From assembly GCF_009914755.1 (NCBI RefSeq), contig NC_060933.1: 64,000 nucleotides of DNA. One strand, given 5' to 3'. Source of the DNA: the human T2T-CHM13v2.0 reference genome, Homo sapiens. Numbering within the stretch: position 1 is the stretch's first letter; every line of letters starts with the position of its first letter. A program made the translations under genes and the position numbers. The notes beneath the pieces are model-generated. The model made no database searches and was not told where the DNA came from. It saw only the letters and a list, made by a program, of their open reading frames with translations. Positions 13,942 through 34,289 of the stretch are shown here, in pieces.

Positions 13942-13988
<47 letters not shown>
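13942..13988. repeat. Compound (A)17(CA)15 microsatellite
   Basis: Direct reading. Confidence 0.97.
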
Positions 13989-13992
<4 letters not shown>

Positions 13993-14589
13993 TTAGAATC
14001 AGATAGAGCAGGTCTCCAATACTGACTCCTCCATGGCCAAGAAATGCGACCATGGGCAAGTTTCTTAATGGGTCTGTAAGTGCTGACACTCAAAATGGCA
14101 ACAGGCTTTGCATTCTCCGTCATTAAAGAACCAGAGAGCAAGGGCTTCTGTGACCACCCAAGGCTGCCTTCAGGGTGGTTGTTGGCTTCATCCATCATAT
14201 GCTTATTGAGGCAACATCTTTGTTACCAGCTGCACTGAGAACAGCTGGCTCCCAGACCAACTACGGCTCTCAGCAAAGCACAGGCTAAAGAGCAGTTATC
14301 AGCTGATTCCAAGCAGAGAGAAAAGCCAAGACAGGAAGATCAGGCCAACCAGCAAGGAATGAGCTGCTCCCTCAGCAGTCATGCAACATGGGTTCTGTAT
14401 GCATGCCCGGGGAGCGTCTCACTTCAAGTGGGTCATTGTTATCATCATAATTAATATCTTAACATCTGTACAGCAATTTATAATTTTAAAGACACTTTGA
14501 TCTTCATAGCAATTCTCAGAGCTATAGATTTTTATCCTCATTTTATAGTTAATAATTATAATGTATTAATAATATAATAATCACATTGT

Positions 14590-14780
14590 GTTATTAATTA
14601 GCTACTGTGTTCTAGGCACTGTGCTCAAAGCTTAGCTTGCTTTATCTCATTTAATCCTCACAATCCCAAGCCCTTGACAACACTAGTGTCTGTTTTACAG
14701 AGGAAGAAACTGAGACACTGAGATGGCCATATGCAAGGCTGCAGTGACTGACTCCAGAGCCGACCCTGTGGTCCACTGAC
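14590..14780 (-). mobile_element. MIR
   Basis: ggcactgtgct...atctcatttaatcctcacaa...ttttacagaggaagaaactgagac. Confidence 0.8.
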
Positions 14781-15281
14781 CCAGGCTGCTTTACTGGGGA
14801 TGACAAAGGGAGGCACAGAGTGGGCAAGAGCCACTTCAGAAGTTATATGACCAGTAATTGCAGATCTGGAACTCAATCTATGATCCCTTATTTTAGACCC
14901 TAAGCTGTCCCTACTACCCTCTGCTTGCACATGTGCTTGGAAGAGCAAAATGGTAAAGACCAATTCCCATTACTGATACAAAAGATAACACTGAGTATAA
15001 GAAGTGACTTTTGGGATGGAGCCAAGATGGCCGAATAAGAACAGCTCCAGTCTAGAGTTTCCAGCGTGAGCAACGCAGAAGACTGGTGATTTCTGCATTT
15101 CCAACTGAGGTACCAGGCTCACCTCACCGGGGAGTGTCACAAAGTGGGCGCAGGACAGTGGGTGCAGCGCACCCAGCGTGAGCCGAAGCAGGGTGAGGCA
15201 TCGCCTCACCCAGGAAGTGCAACGCATCAGGGAATTCTCTTTCCTAGTCAAAGAAAGGGGTGACAGACGGCACCTGGAAAA

Positions 15282-15464
15282 TCAGGTCACTCCCACCCTA
15301 ATACTGCACTTTTCCAATGGTCTTAGCAAACGGCACACCAGGAGATTATATCCCGTGCCTGGCTCGGAGAGTCCTACGCCCACGAAGCCTCGCTCACTGC
15401 TAGCACAGCAGTCTGAGATCAAACTGCAAGGTGGCAGCAAGGCTGGGGGAGGGGCGCCTGCCAT
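15282..15464 (-). pseudogene. ORF0: L1 ORF0 of host, truncated at 60 aa
   Basis: MAGAPPPALLPPCSLISDCC...IRVGVT then TGA in place of the Arg codon. Confidence 0.85.
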
Positions 15465-15787
15465 TGCTGAGGCTTGAGTAGGTAAACAAAGCAGCCAGGA
15501 AGCTCCAACTGGGGGGAGGCCACTGCACCTCAAGGAGGCTTGCCTGCATCTGTAGACTCCAACTCTGGGGGCAAGGCATAGCCCAACAAAAGGCAGCAGA
15601 ATCCTCTGCAGACTTAAATGTCCCTGTCAGACACCTTTGACGAGAGTAGTGGTTCTCCCAAGCATGCAGCTGGAGATCTGAGAACGGACAGACTGCCTCC
15701 TCAAGTGGGTCCCTGACCCCCGAGTAGCCTAACTGGGAGGCACCCCCCAGTAGGGGCAGACTGGTACCTCACACGGCCAGGTACTCC

Positions 15788-15916
15788 TCTGAGAAAAAAC
15801 TTCCAGAGGAACGATCAGGCAGCAACATTTACTGTTCACCAATATCCACTGTTCTGCAGCCCTCCGCTGCTGATACCCAGGCAAACAGGGTCTGGAGTGG
15901 ACTTCCAGCAAACTCC
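15788..15916 (+). promoter_or_regulatory. 129-bp L1 5'UTR segment containing the ZNF93 binding site
   Basis: Present in host, absent at homologous junction 19105/19106 of nested L1; flanked by actcc microhomology; size matches the known deletion in younger L1PA. Confidence 0.85.
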
Positions 15917-16041
15917 AATAGACCTGCAGCTGAGGGTCCTGACTGTTAGAAGGAAAACTAACAAACAGAAAGCACATCCACACCAAAACCCCATCTGTAC
16001 GTCACCATCATCAAAGACAAAAGGTAGATAAAACCACAAAG

Positions 16042-17059
16042 ATGGGGAAAAAACAGAGCAGAAAAACTGGAAACTCTAAAAATCAGAGCACCTCTCCCCC
16101 TCCAAAGGAATGTAGCTCCTCACCAGCAATGGAACAAAGCTGGACGGAGAATGACTTTGACGAGCTGAGAGAAGAAGGCTTCAGACAATCAAACTACTCT
16201 GAGCTAAAGGAGGAAGGTCAAACCCATGGCAAAGAAGTTAAAAACCTTGAAAAAAAATTACACGAATGGCTAACTACAATAACCAATGCAGAGAAGTCCT
16301 TAAAGGACCTGATGCAGCTGAAAACCAAGGCTCGAGAACTACATGACAAATGCACAAGCCTCAGGAGCCGACTTGATCAAGTGGAAGAAAGGGTGTCAGT
16401 GATGGAAGATCCAATGAATGAAATGAAGCGAGAAGAGAAGTTTAGAGAAAAAAAGAATAAAAAGAAATGAATAAAGCCTCAAAGAAATATGGGACTATGT
16501 GAAAAGACCAAATCTACGTCTCATTGGTGTCCCTGAAAGTGATGGGAAGAATGGAACCAAGTTGGAAAACACTCTGCAAGATATTATCCAGGAGAACTTC
16601 CCCAATCTAGCAAGGCAGACCAATATTCAAATTCAGGAAATACAGAGAATGCCACAGAGATACTCCTTGAGAAGACCAACTCCAAGACACATAACCGTAA
16701 CATTCACCAAAGTTGAAATGAAGGAAAAAATGTTAAGGGCAGCCAGAGAGAAAGGTCAGGTTACCCACAAAGGGAAGCCCAGCAGACTAACAGCGGATCT
16801 CTCAGCAGAAACTCTACAAGCCAGAAGAGAGTGGGGGCCAATATTCAACATTCTTAAAGAAAAGAATTTTCAACCCAGAATTTCACATCCAGCCAAACTA
16901 AGCTTCATAAGTGAAGGAGAAACAAAATACTTTACAGACAAGCAAATGCTGAGAGATTTTGTCACCACCAGGCCTGCCCTAAAAGAGCTCCTGAAGGAAG
17001 CACTAAAGATGGAAAGGAACAACCGGTTCCAGCCACTGCAAAAACATGTCAAATTGTGA
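16042..17059 (+). pseudogene. L1 ORF1p of host, frameshifted
   Basis: MGKKQSRKTGNSK... then +1 frameshift in A-run near 16450; C-terminal half KRPNLRLIGVPE...QPLQKH in another frame. Confidence 0.95.
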
Positions 17060-17122
17060 AGACCATCGAGGCTAGGAAGAAACTGCATCAACTAACGAGC
17101 AAAATAACCAGCTAACATCATA

Positions 17123-18320
<1,198 letters not shown>

Positions 18321-18558
18321 GGGGGGGGAGGAGCCAAGATGGCTGAATAGGAACAGCTCCGGTCTACAGCTCCCAGCGTGAGCGACGCAGAAGACGGGTG
18401 ATTTCTGCATTTCCATCTGAGGTACCGGGTTTATCTCACTAGGGAGTGCCAGACAGTGGGCGCAGGCCAGTGGGTGCACGCACCATGCGTGAGCCGAAGA
18501 AGGGCAAGGCATTGCCTCACTTGGGAAGGGCAAGGGGTCAGGGAGTTCCCTTTCCGAG

Positions 18559-18774
18559 TCAAAGAAAGGGGTGACGGACGCACCTGGAAAATCGGGTCAC
18601 TCCCACCCGAATATTGCACTTTTCAGACCTGCTTAAAAAACGGCGAACCACGAGATTATATCCCACACCTGGCTCGGAGGGTCCTACACCCACAGAATCT
18701 CGCTGACTGCTAGCACAGCAGTCTGAGATCAAACTGCAAGGCGGCAGCGAGGCTGGGGGAGGGGCGCCCGCCAT
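18559..18774 (-). CDS. ORF0: Intact 71-aa L1 antisense ORF0
   Basis: ATG at 18774; MAGAPPPASLPPCSLISDCCASSQRDSVGVGPSEPGVGYNLVVRRFLSRSEKCNIRVGVTRFSRCVRHPFL*; expression not shown. Confidence 0.8.
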   Translation of the reverse strand: MAGAPPPASLPPCSLISDCCASSQRDSVGVGPSEPGVGYNLVVRRFLSRSEKCNIRVGVTRFSRCVRHPFL

Positions 18775-19230
18775 TGCCCAGGCTTGCTTAGGTAAGCAAA
18801 GCAGCCAGGAAGCTCGAACCGGGTGGGAGCCCACCACAGCTCAAGGAGGCCTGCCTGCCTCTGTAGGCTCCACCTCTGGGGGCAGGGCACAGACAAACAA
18901 AAAGACAGCAGTAACCTCTGCAGACTTAAGAGTCCCTGTCTGACAGCTTTGAAGAGAGCAGCGGTTCTCCCAGCACGCAGCTGGAGATCTGAGAACGGGC
19001 AGACTGCCTCCTCAAGTGGGTCCCTGACCCCTGACCCCCGAGCAGCCTAACTGGGAGGCATCCCCCAGCAGGGGCACACTGACACCTCACACGGCAGGGT
19101 ATTCCAACAGACCTGCAGCTGAGGGTCCTGTCTGTTAGAAGGAAAACTAACAACCAGAAAGGACATCCACACCGAAAACCCATCTGTACATCACCATCAT
19201 CAAAGACCAAAAGTAGATAAAACCACAAAG

Positions 19231-20247
19231 ATGGGGAAAAAACAGAACAGAAAAACTGGAAACTCTAAAACGCAGAGCGCCTCTCCTCCTCCAAAGGAAC
19301 GCAGTTCCACACCAGCAACGGAACAAAGCTGGATGGAGAATGACTTTGACGAGCTGAGAGAAGAAGGCTTCAGATGATCAAATTACTCTGAGCTATGGAA
19401 GGACATTCAAACCAAAGGCAAAGAAGTTGAAAACTTTGAAAAAAATTTAGAAGAATGTATAACTAGAATAACCAATACAGAGAAGTGCTTAAAGGAGATG
19501 ATGGAGCTGAAAACCAAGGCTCGAGAACTACGTGAAGAATGCAGAAGCCTCAGGAGCCGATGCGATCAACTGGAAGAAAGGGTATCAGCAATGGAAGATG
19601 AAATGAATGAAATGAAGTGAGAAGGGAAGTTTAGAGAAAAAAGCATAAAAAGAAATGAGCAAAGCCTCCAAGAAATATGGGACTATGTGAAAAGACCAAA
19701 TCTACGTCTGATTGGTGTACCTGAAAGTGATGGGGAGAATGGAACCAAGTTGGAAAACACTCTGCAGGATATTATCCAGGAGAACTTCCCCAATCTAGCA
19801 AGGCAGGCCAACGTTCAGATTCAGGAAATACAGAGAACGCCACAAAGATACTCCTGGAGAAGAGCAACTCCAAGACACATAATTGTCAGATTCACCAAAG
19901 TTGAAATGAAGGAAAAAATGTTAAGGCCAGCCAGAGAGAAAGGTCGGGTTACCCTCAAAGGGAAGCCCATCAGACTAACAGCGGATCTCTCGGCAGAAAC
20001 CCTACAAGCCAGAAGAGAGTGGGGGCCAATATTCAACGTTCTTAAAGAAAAGAATTTTCAACCCAGAATTTCATATCCAGCCAAACTAAGCTTCATAAGT
20101 GAAGGAGAAATAAACTACTTCACAGACAAGCAAATGCTGAGAGATTTTGTCCCCACCAGGCCTGCCCTAAAAGAGCTCCTGAAGGAAGCACTAAACATGG
20201 AAAGGAACAACGGGTACCAGCCGCTGCAAAATCATGCCAAAATGTAA
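19231..20247 (+). pseudogene. L1 ORF1p of nested element, two nonsense codons
   Basis: In-frame TGA at 19375 (codon 49) and 19618 (codon 130), both consistent with CGA>TGA CpG decay. Confidence 0.95.
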
Positions 20248-20283
20248 AGACCATCGAGACTAGGAAGAAACTGCATCAATTAA

Positions 20284-24133
<3,850 letters not shown>

Positions 24134-24353
24134 ATGATGAGATCACATGGACACAGGAAGGGGAATATCACACTCTGGGGACTGTTGTGGGGTGGGGGGA
24201 GGGGGGAGGGATAGCATTGGGAGATATACCTAATGCTAGATGACGAGTTAGTGGGTGCAGTGCACCAGCATGGCCCATGTATACATATGTAACTAACCTG
24301 CACAATGTGCACATGTACCCTAAAACTTAAAGTATAATAAAAAAAAATAGAAA

Positions 24354-27214
<2,861 letters not shown>

Positions 27215-27215
27215 A

Positions 27216-27600
27216 AAGAAAATGTGGCACATATACACCATGGAATACTATGCAGCCATAAAAATTAATGAGTTCATGTCCTTTGTAGGGACATGGATGA
27301 AGCTGGAAACCATCATTCTCAGCAAACTATCACAAGGACAAAAAACCAAACACTGCATGTTCTCACTCATAGGCGGGAATTGAACGATGAGAACACATGG
27401 ACACAGGAAGGGGAACATCACACACCGGGGCCTGTTGTGGGGTTGGCGGAGGGGGGAGTGATAGCATTAGGAGATATACCTAATGTTAAATGACGAGTTA
27501 ATGGGTGCAGCACACCAACATGGCACATGTATACATATGTAACTAACCTGCACGTTGTGCACGTGTACCCTAAAACTTAAAGTATTATTTAAAAAAAAAA
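27216..27600 (+). mobile_element. Additional ~385-bp L1 3' end (L1PA4/PA5-like)
   Basis: aagaaaatgtggcacatatacacc...cacaccggggcctg...aatgttaaatgacgag...cacgttgtgc...polyA. Confidence 0.93.
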
Positions 27601-27932
27601 ACAGAAAACAAATATGTAAAATGCCAAAAAAAAAAAAAAAAAAAAACAAAACAAAAGTGACTATTGGGCCATTGGGCGCCTAAGAAATCCTCTTCGGTGT
27701 CTGTCCTTGTCCCTTATCCCTACTGCAGCTGAGTGCTTCCTGCTTTGGGACAGCTACTTCTTCTATTTGACCCTCTGTTTAATTCCCTCCTTGTTGTATT
27801 GGGCTTCATGGTCAATAATTTCAGCTGAACTCCACAAGCACCCTAACCCCTTGACATCCCCTAGAGCTCACTCCATGAACCTCCACAAGTATAAACCCCA
27901 ATACTGCTCATTCGTCCAAGTACCTTCAGGTC

Positions 27933-28521
27933 TGTAATGGTTCATATTAGGTGTCGACTTGATTGGATTGAGGGATGCCTAAATGGCTGCTAAAGTATTG
28001 TTTCTGGGTGTGTCTGTGAAGATGCTGTCAGAGGATATTGACATTTGAGTCAGTGGACTGGAAGAGGAAGACTCAACCTCAATGTGGGTGGGCACCATCC
28101 AATTGGTTACCAGCATGGCTACAAAAAGTAGGAAGAAGGAGGGTGATAAGTTTGCTTGCTTGCTTGGATAGGTTTGAGTCTTCTGGCTCTTTTTCTTCTT
28201 CCCATGCCAGATGCTTGATTCTGCTCCTCCTACCCTTGGACATCAGACTCCAGGTTCTTCAGCCTTTGGACTCTGGGACTTGCACCAGAGGCTTAGGCTT
28301 CCTAGGCCACAGACTAAAGGCTCCACTGTCGGCTTCCCGGGTTCTGAGGCTTTCAAACTTGGACTGGGCCACTACTGGCTTTCCTTTTTCCCCAGCTTGC
28401 AGACGGCCTACAGAGGGACTTTGCCTTTTAATCATGTGAGCCAATTCTCCCTAATAAACTCCCTTGTACATATACATATACCCTACTCATTCTATCCCTC
28501 TGGAGAACCCTGACTAATAAA
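27933..28521 (+). mobile_element. ERVL solo LTR, MLT2A2-like
   Basis: tgtaatggttcatattaggtgtcgacttgattggattgagggatgcc...ggagaaccctgactaata; perfect 5-bp TSD aggtc (27928-27932, 28522-28526). Confidence 0.92.
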
Positions 28522-28639
28522 AGGTCTGTTAAAATTCCTAATATATGCAAGGTTGACTAGCTTCTGCTTTGTCTTGACTCCTCCAAGGAGGCTATGACCA
28601 TCGAGACATGTCCAAGTGGTGGTAGAATTGGCTACTGCA

Positions 28640-29160
28640 ATAGCTTCCTAGTTAGGCTCCTTTCATTCCTCCTCCTTGTCTGATTCATATACCCGCATGA
28701 CACAAAGGCAATTTTTGTGCAACACACATCCAATTTTGACACATTCCTGCTCAAAAACCTTCATGGACTCCCAGTTGCGTAAGAATAGATTCTAAACTCC
28801 TCATTGCATATTGAGTCACGATGAATCCCTGCCCTTTCTCTCCATGGGCCTTTGCTCAGACTGTCACCCCCCTGCCTACCATGTCCTTTGCCTCATGCTT
28901 AAGTCGAACCATCATTTTTCAAGGCCTAGTTCAAGATATCACCTCTCCATCAATTATTTCCAATGCCCTCTTCTTAGAGTGCTTTCTTCTTCATGGTTTT
29001 CCCCAAACATGCGATTTGCATGATCAGAATATGTATTACCAACTGTGCTGTGTTAGAATTATTTTATGAATGAGAGTTATATATGTATCTATACCCCCCT
29101 ACTTAACTGAAAGTATCTGAAGTTATTTGATATTCATTTTTGTCTTTGTTTTCACACATA
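28640..29160 (+). mobile_element. L2 fragment
   Basis: attcctgctcaaaaaccttcatggactcccagttgc...agaatagattctaaactcc. Confidence 0.6.
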
Positions 29161-29780
29161 AAACAATGTTTTATGCAATACTGAGCCAGATAAGGTGAGA
29201 AGCGTGCTACACTTGGGTGTTAGAAGATGGGTAGGTAAAATCTTACTGACGACTGGTGACCATGAATTAACAGGTCCCAGAAAAGAAGTGGCTTATCCTC
29301 TCTGGACATTTTTCCAGCCTCACACTGAGCCGGGGTCCCAGGCTGTGTTCAGGGAGGAGCCAGAGTGGATAGGGGTGAGCACTGGCCCCAGGTCCCTCCC
29401 TCCTGTTTGCCACATTAGTTCCTGATGCTTCTCACTGACCTCTGGCCACTATTCAGTCAGGTAGGGTGCCTTTGACATTGGCACTCAAGAGGCAGCATTT
29501 CAATCACCATGCCAGCCAGGTGGACACTCACGCCTCCATCCTGCGGATGATCTCTCTGGCTGAACAGAGTGGATACTCCATTAAGAAGGATGGAAGGTGC
29601 TGGGTGGAAGTGTTAGGAGTTCTTTCTCTCTTTCTGAAGTTCAAAATAGGCCAACATGGATGGCATGCCCAAGTATATCTTCTCTTTAATCTGAATTGTA
29701 CCAAGAAGAAAACTGATTACACAACTCAATCATCACATTTTTTACAGTGCAGAAACTGAGGTACAAACAAAGCATGGGAC

Positions 29781-30320
29781 TATAATAGTCAGGATCTAGG
29801 CAGGAAAACGAAGCCTGGGCTAGCTATAGAAGAAATGAGTCACACAGGTTTCAAAAGGGCCTAAAAGCAAAATAAAGAATAGAGAGTCAAAGCAGAGATT
29901 ATCAACAGTGGAAAGTCACTACTGTCCCAAGGGCTAGAGGGATAAAAGGAGGGGTGATGTTATCAGAGCCAAGGATCTGGGATTTCCAACAGAGAGCTGG
30001 AATCATGGCAGTGGCTGCATGGCAAAAAAAAAAATTAGGGGCCACAGAGGGAGGGGCTATCTGATGGCAGCTGGAATTGTGCAGGAGATTCTGCCATTGT
30101 TGGGGACACTTTCCTAAGCAGAGAGAGGAGGAGAGAAATACCCTGGTGTCTCACCCTTCTGCTTTCTTTAATCTCTCACCAGCGCCTCCTAGTAGTTGAA
30201 TCTAGCTGGAAGCCAGTTGATAAGGAAGCCTGGGAAATGTTTGCAGGGGTCAGCCCAAAGTCATGCAGAGCAGAGCATAAAAAGAGCAGGGAGAGGATCT
30301 GATGCAGAGGAGCTGTGAGC
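29781..30320 (-). mobile_element. Old ERVL-class LTR (LTR33-like)
   Basis: gagaaataccctgg...ggaagccagttgataaggaagcctgggaaatg...gcagagcagagc pattern, shared with 52030-52516. Confidence 0.55.
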
Positions 30321-30633
30321 GGCTAAGGGGCTTTTCATTGGCGTTTCTTTTCTATTCCATCACCCAAAGTTTATCGAGCTTGCTGCCTGCACCAGTATTT
30401 CTTGAGTTTCCTTTCTGCACCAAGTGCCATGACAAGCCTTAGCATAGAAAACTAAGACATGGACTCTGCCCATCCTGGAGGGCCTCTAAATCCTTCAGGG
30501 GATATAGAGGGAAATAGTCAGCAGTAAGGGACATGTGCACTGGACCCACATGTTAAACCCATAAAGATTTAAAAGGGATGAAAACCTTCCAAGCACAGGA
30601 AACAGCATAAAGCAAAGGCACAGAAGCCTAAAA

Positions 30634-30858
30634 CAAGTTTGTCCAACCACGGCCCATGGGCCACATGTGGCCCAGGATGGCTTTGAATGCAGCCCAACAC
30701 AAATTCATAAACTTTCTTAAAATACTGTGAGTTTTTTTAATAATTTCTTTTCTTAGCTCAATCAGCTATTGTTAGTGTTAGCATTTTGTATATGTGACTC
30801 AAGACAATTCTTCTTTTTCCAATGTGGCCCAAGGAAGCCAAAAGGCTGGATACCCCTG
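30634..30858. mobile_element. MER30 (hAT-Charlie MITE)
   Basis: caagtttgtccaac...ggcccaggatggctttgaatgcagccc...ggatacccctg; perfect 8-bp TSD gcctaaaa (30626-30633, 30859-30866). Confidence 0.93.
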
Positions 30859-30979
30859 GCCTAAAAGTATGAGGAGAATGCAGGGAAGAAGTAATCTCAA
30901 GTGGATAGTGAGATGTCAGGGAGTGGCAGGAGATGAAATGGAATATTAGGTAAGGCCAACAAGTTAAGGGCCTAAGTAG

Positions 30980-31118
30980 GCCTAGCTACTTGGGAGGCTG
31001 GGGCAGGAGGATTCCTTCAGCCCAGGAGTGTGAGGCTGCATTGAGCTATGATCACGCCCACTGCACACCAGCCTGAGCAACAGAGACCCTGTCTCTTAAA
31101 ATAAAAATAAAAATAAAA
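30980..31118 (+). mobile_element. Alu right monomer (AluJ/FRAM-like)
   Basis: gctacttgggaggctg...gaggctgcattgagctatgatc...accctgtctc plus (taaaaa)n tail. Confidence 0.88.
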
Positions 31119-31249
31119 TGACTTATGTGGCCTCTCTTTTAAAAGACAGCAGAATCACCCCATCCCAAAAAGTTTTTCACTACTAATAGGCAAGTGTTTC
31201 CTATCACATATATGTAGAGAAGGAATCAGTAAATTGGATTGCAGCAGTA

Positions 31250-31470
31250 AGGCAATAACAGGAAGACAGAGAGTTCTGAAATCAGACTTCCCTGATTAAA
31301 ATCCTGATCTGTCACTTGAAAATATATCGCCTTGGATAAGTTAGTTTAACCTTTCTGAGGCTCACTTGCTTCACCAGCAAAATGGCTGTAGCAATATCCA
31401 CTTCATAGGATTATCCCAAAGATTAGAAACAATGAACGCAGGGTCAGGCACATGGTAGGACTCAATCAAT
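31250..31470 (+). mobile_element. MIR
   Basis: ccttggataagttagtttaacctttctgaggctcac...aaaatgg. Confidence 0.7.
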
Positions 31471-31769
31471 GGCTGCTCCTGGTGTGTCTAAGGGGCAGAT
31501 GGGAGTGAGTGAAAGTCTTTACATTTACTGCAAATAATCTATCGCACAAAGAACTCACAAGAGACATCAGCTCGGCAGTGAAAGGGAATATAAAACTACC
31601 TGAAGTATATTAGAAAAAATGTTGCCATTTATTATTCTCTTGCTGTTTCTCTTACAAAGAAATTCAGTTTTGTCTCACCTTCATACCTTTCCTCAAATGA
31701 AAAACAAACTATATGTAACAACATCTATTTATTCCACAGACATCAAATGAAGCCCTCTCTTACAACAAA

Positions 31770-32690
31770 GCCTGTACAAGGCACAGAGAAACCCAGATGA
31801 GAGGTAGAGTCCCCAGCCTTAAATTGCTTTTAGTCTACTGGGGGAGTCAGACGCATAAACAAATAATTACAAGTAAATTGCCCCTTATTTGCAGTGTAAG
31901 GTATTTTCGACGATTCTGATACTATTTCTAAGAAAGGGTGCATAACTTGCCTGATAAAGCAAGAAGTCCTGTCCACTGATGTTGATGTGTCAGCTATTGT
32001 TAGTCAAACAATTGGACGATGGCAGGATAAGCGATATCACAAATGTCTACATAAAGTGTTCGGGAGGTACAACATTAACTAACCTATACACCGAAAGTGG
32101 ATTTCCCTTACGATACCAAACACCAGCAAATCCATGGCTTCTAGATTTACAGATGAGACCTACTTGAGAAGACAACATGCTCCAAAGAGAAAAATCAGAG
32201 AAAATGAGGGAAGTGCAGGAACAAAGATGAGGAGAAAAAGGAGAGGAGAGAAGGTAAGGAGAAGGGAAGAAAAATGGTCTTTGAGACCTATAGAAAGGAA
32301 AAAACTCTGCCTGGATAATTTGGGGCAGACATTACAAACAAAGGGACATTCAAGCAAGGCCTTGAAAGTTGAGTAAGACTTTGAGAGAGGAAAGATATGC
32401 CAGACAGAGTGACTGGGTATATAAAAAATATATGTTCATCAGGTGAAAATGTTTGGTGTAGCTGGAATATGGTGGTATGTTTCTGTTGGGACACGGACAA
32501 GAACTGGAAATAGTATCAGAGAATGAATAAAAATTAGGACCAGACTGTAAAAAGCCTTGGATTTCAAAGTAAGGGTTTGGTCCTTTTCCTGTTTGCAAGG
32601 AAGAGCCACAGAAATATTTTCAGAAGCAGCAGGGGACATTATTAAGTTTATGTTTTAATTTAAAAAAAAAAATTCTGGCTGCAGCATGGA
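31770..32690 (-). mobile_element. Fragmented L2
   Basis: gcttttagtctactggggg, aaagccttggatttcaaagtaagggtttggtcc, ttctggctgcagcatggag. Confidence 0.6.
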
Positions 32691-32701
32691 GGTGCAGTCA
32701 A

Positions 32702-33430
32702 TGTAACATGCTACCTGGATTCACTTCAAAAATGAAGGATTTGAGATGAAGTTACCGGAAATGCTGTCAGTGTCTTTGGAGGATTGCCTCAGGTAAAGGG
32801 ATATCCCCTTTGTATCAGTCTGTTCTCACATTGCTATAAAAAACTACCTGAGACTGGGTAATCTATAAACAAAAGAGGTTTAATTGACTCACAGTTCCAC
32901 ATGGTTGGGGAGGCCTCAGGAAACTTAAAATCATGGCAGAAGGAGAAGGGAAAGAGAGTGGTGGCAGGAGAGAGAGAAAGAGTGAGGAAGTGCCACACAT
33001 CAGCTTTCCTGAAAACTCACTGAGAACTCACTCACTATCATGAGGACAGCATGGGCAAATCCACCCCCATGATCCAATCACCTCCTACCAGGTCCCTCCA
33101 TCGACACATGGGGATGACAATTTGAGATGAGATTTGGGTGGGAACACAGACCCAAACCATATCACCCCTTCCAGAGGTGGCCAGCACCCAGTGTCTGGTT
33201 GACATATGTGGGAATAAAGGCCCCCCCGCCCATCACCCCAACTCAGAGCAGCTCTAAAGGGTAATTCTCTCAACTCCCTGCAGGGTGGGCTAGGACTCCA
33301 TCCCAGCCTGACTTCATCCTCTACTCATTGTTGATTCTCTTCCTTCTCCTCCCTTCCCTTTCTGGGTGTTTATTACAACAGCACTCCTAACAAACCTCTG
33401 TACACTAACCTGAGTCTCAATGTGCTTTTC
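32702..33430 (+). mobile_element. ERVL LTR16-like solo LTR, split by MSTA
   Basis: tgtaac...ggattgcctcagg | ...cactcctaacaaacctctgtacactaacctgagtctc...ttttcaggaaacctaac. Confidence 0.65.
32811..33164 (-). mobile_element. MaLR solo LTR, MSTA-like
   Basis: tgtatcagtctgttctcacattgctataaa...gagatttgggtgggaacacag...aaaccatatca; flanked by cccctt on both sides. Confidence 0.9.
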
Positions 33431-34289
33431 AGGAAACCTAACTGGGGCAGTGGAGTAGATTGAAAAGGAAAGAGGGAAGAGGCAGGAGGCTAGTTGCTGT
33501 GGACCAGGCTGCGCTTGCTGGAACCACACACACTGAACTTCCTGGGACATCCCCTGTCTGGGTGGACACCACGTCCTGCGGCATGTTTTCTGCTAACGTG
33601 ATTTTCCTAACTCCTCGGCTAGTCTCCTGGCTTCTGATTTTATCAACATGTATCAGGAATCAAATTAAATTTTGATCATTTTTGGAAAGGAGAAAGAAGA
33701 GTCTTCCACAGACAATTAAAATACAAAAAGAAAAACACGGAGCTATCACGGGACAGGACAGAATGATAGAGAGGATGGACCCGCCACACTGGAAATGGAA
33801 GGAAGTGAAATAAACCAACGGACCAGCTACTGTGAAACCTGTCATCCTTCCTGAAACAAATCATTCAAGAGACAGCCCCTTTGAAATACATGAGCAAACA
33901 CTGCTCAGGCTTTTTAAATCAATGCATACAAACAGATTTTTAAACAATATATGAATGAAACGACATGCCTAGTTTCATATTTTGATTTTTTCCCACCCTA
34001 TATTATTTCACATTTTCTATACGAGGAAGAGAAATAAACTTTTGATTCAACAGGGGCTCCTGGAGTCAGTTCGTACACTTGGGTTTTTATTCAAAATATA
34101 AATCAGTGGATTTAAGGAAAGCTGGGGTCATGCTACCTCATAAGAAACTGGCAACCCACCAAATGCCCTTCCTTCAAAAGTGTGGCCACAAGGCACTCAC
34201 TCACCCTTGCCCCCTCCCCCCACACACATCCTACCCCTGCTAGGTAAAGGGGTTCAGCTTGTCTTACTAAATATGGTAGATATAAATAA

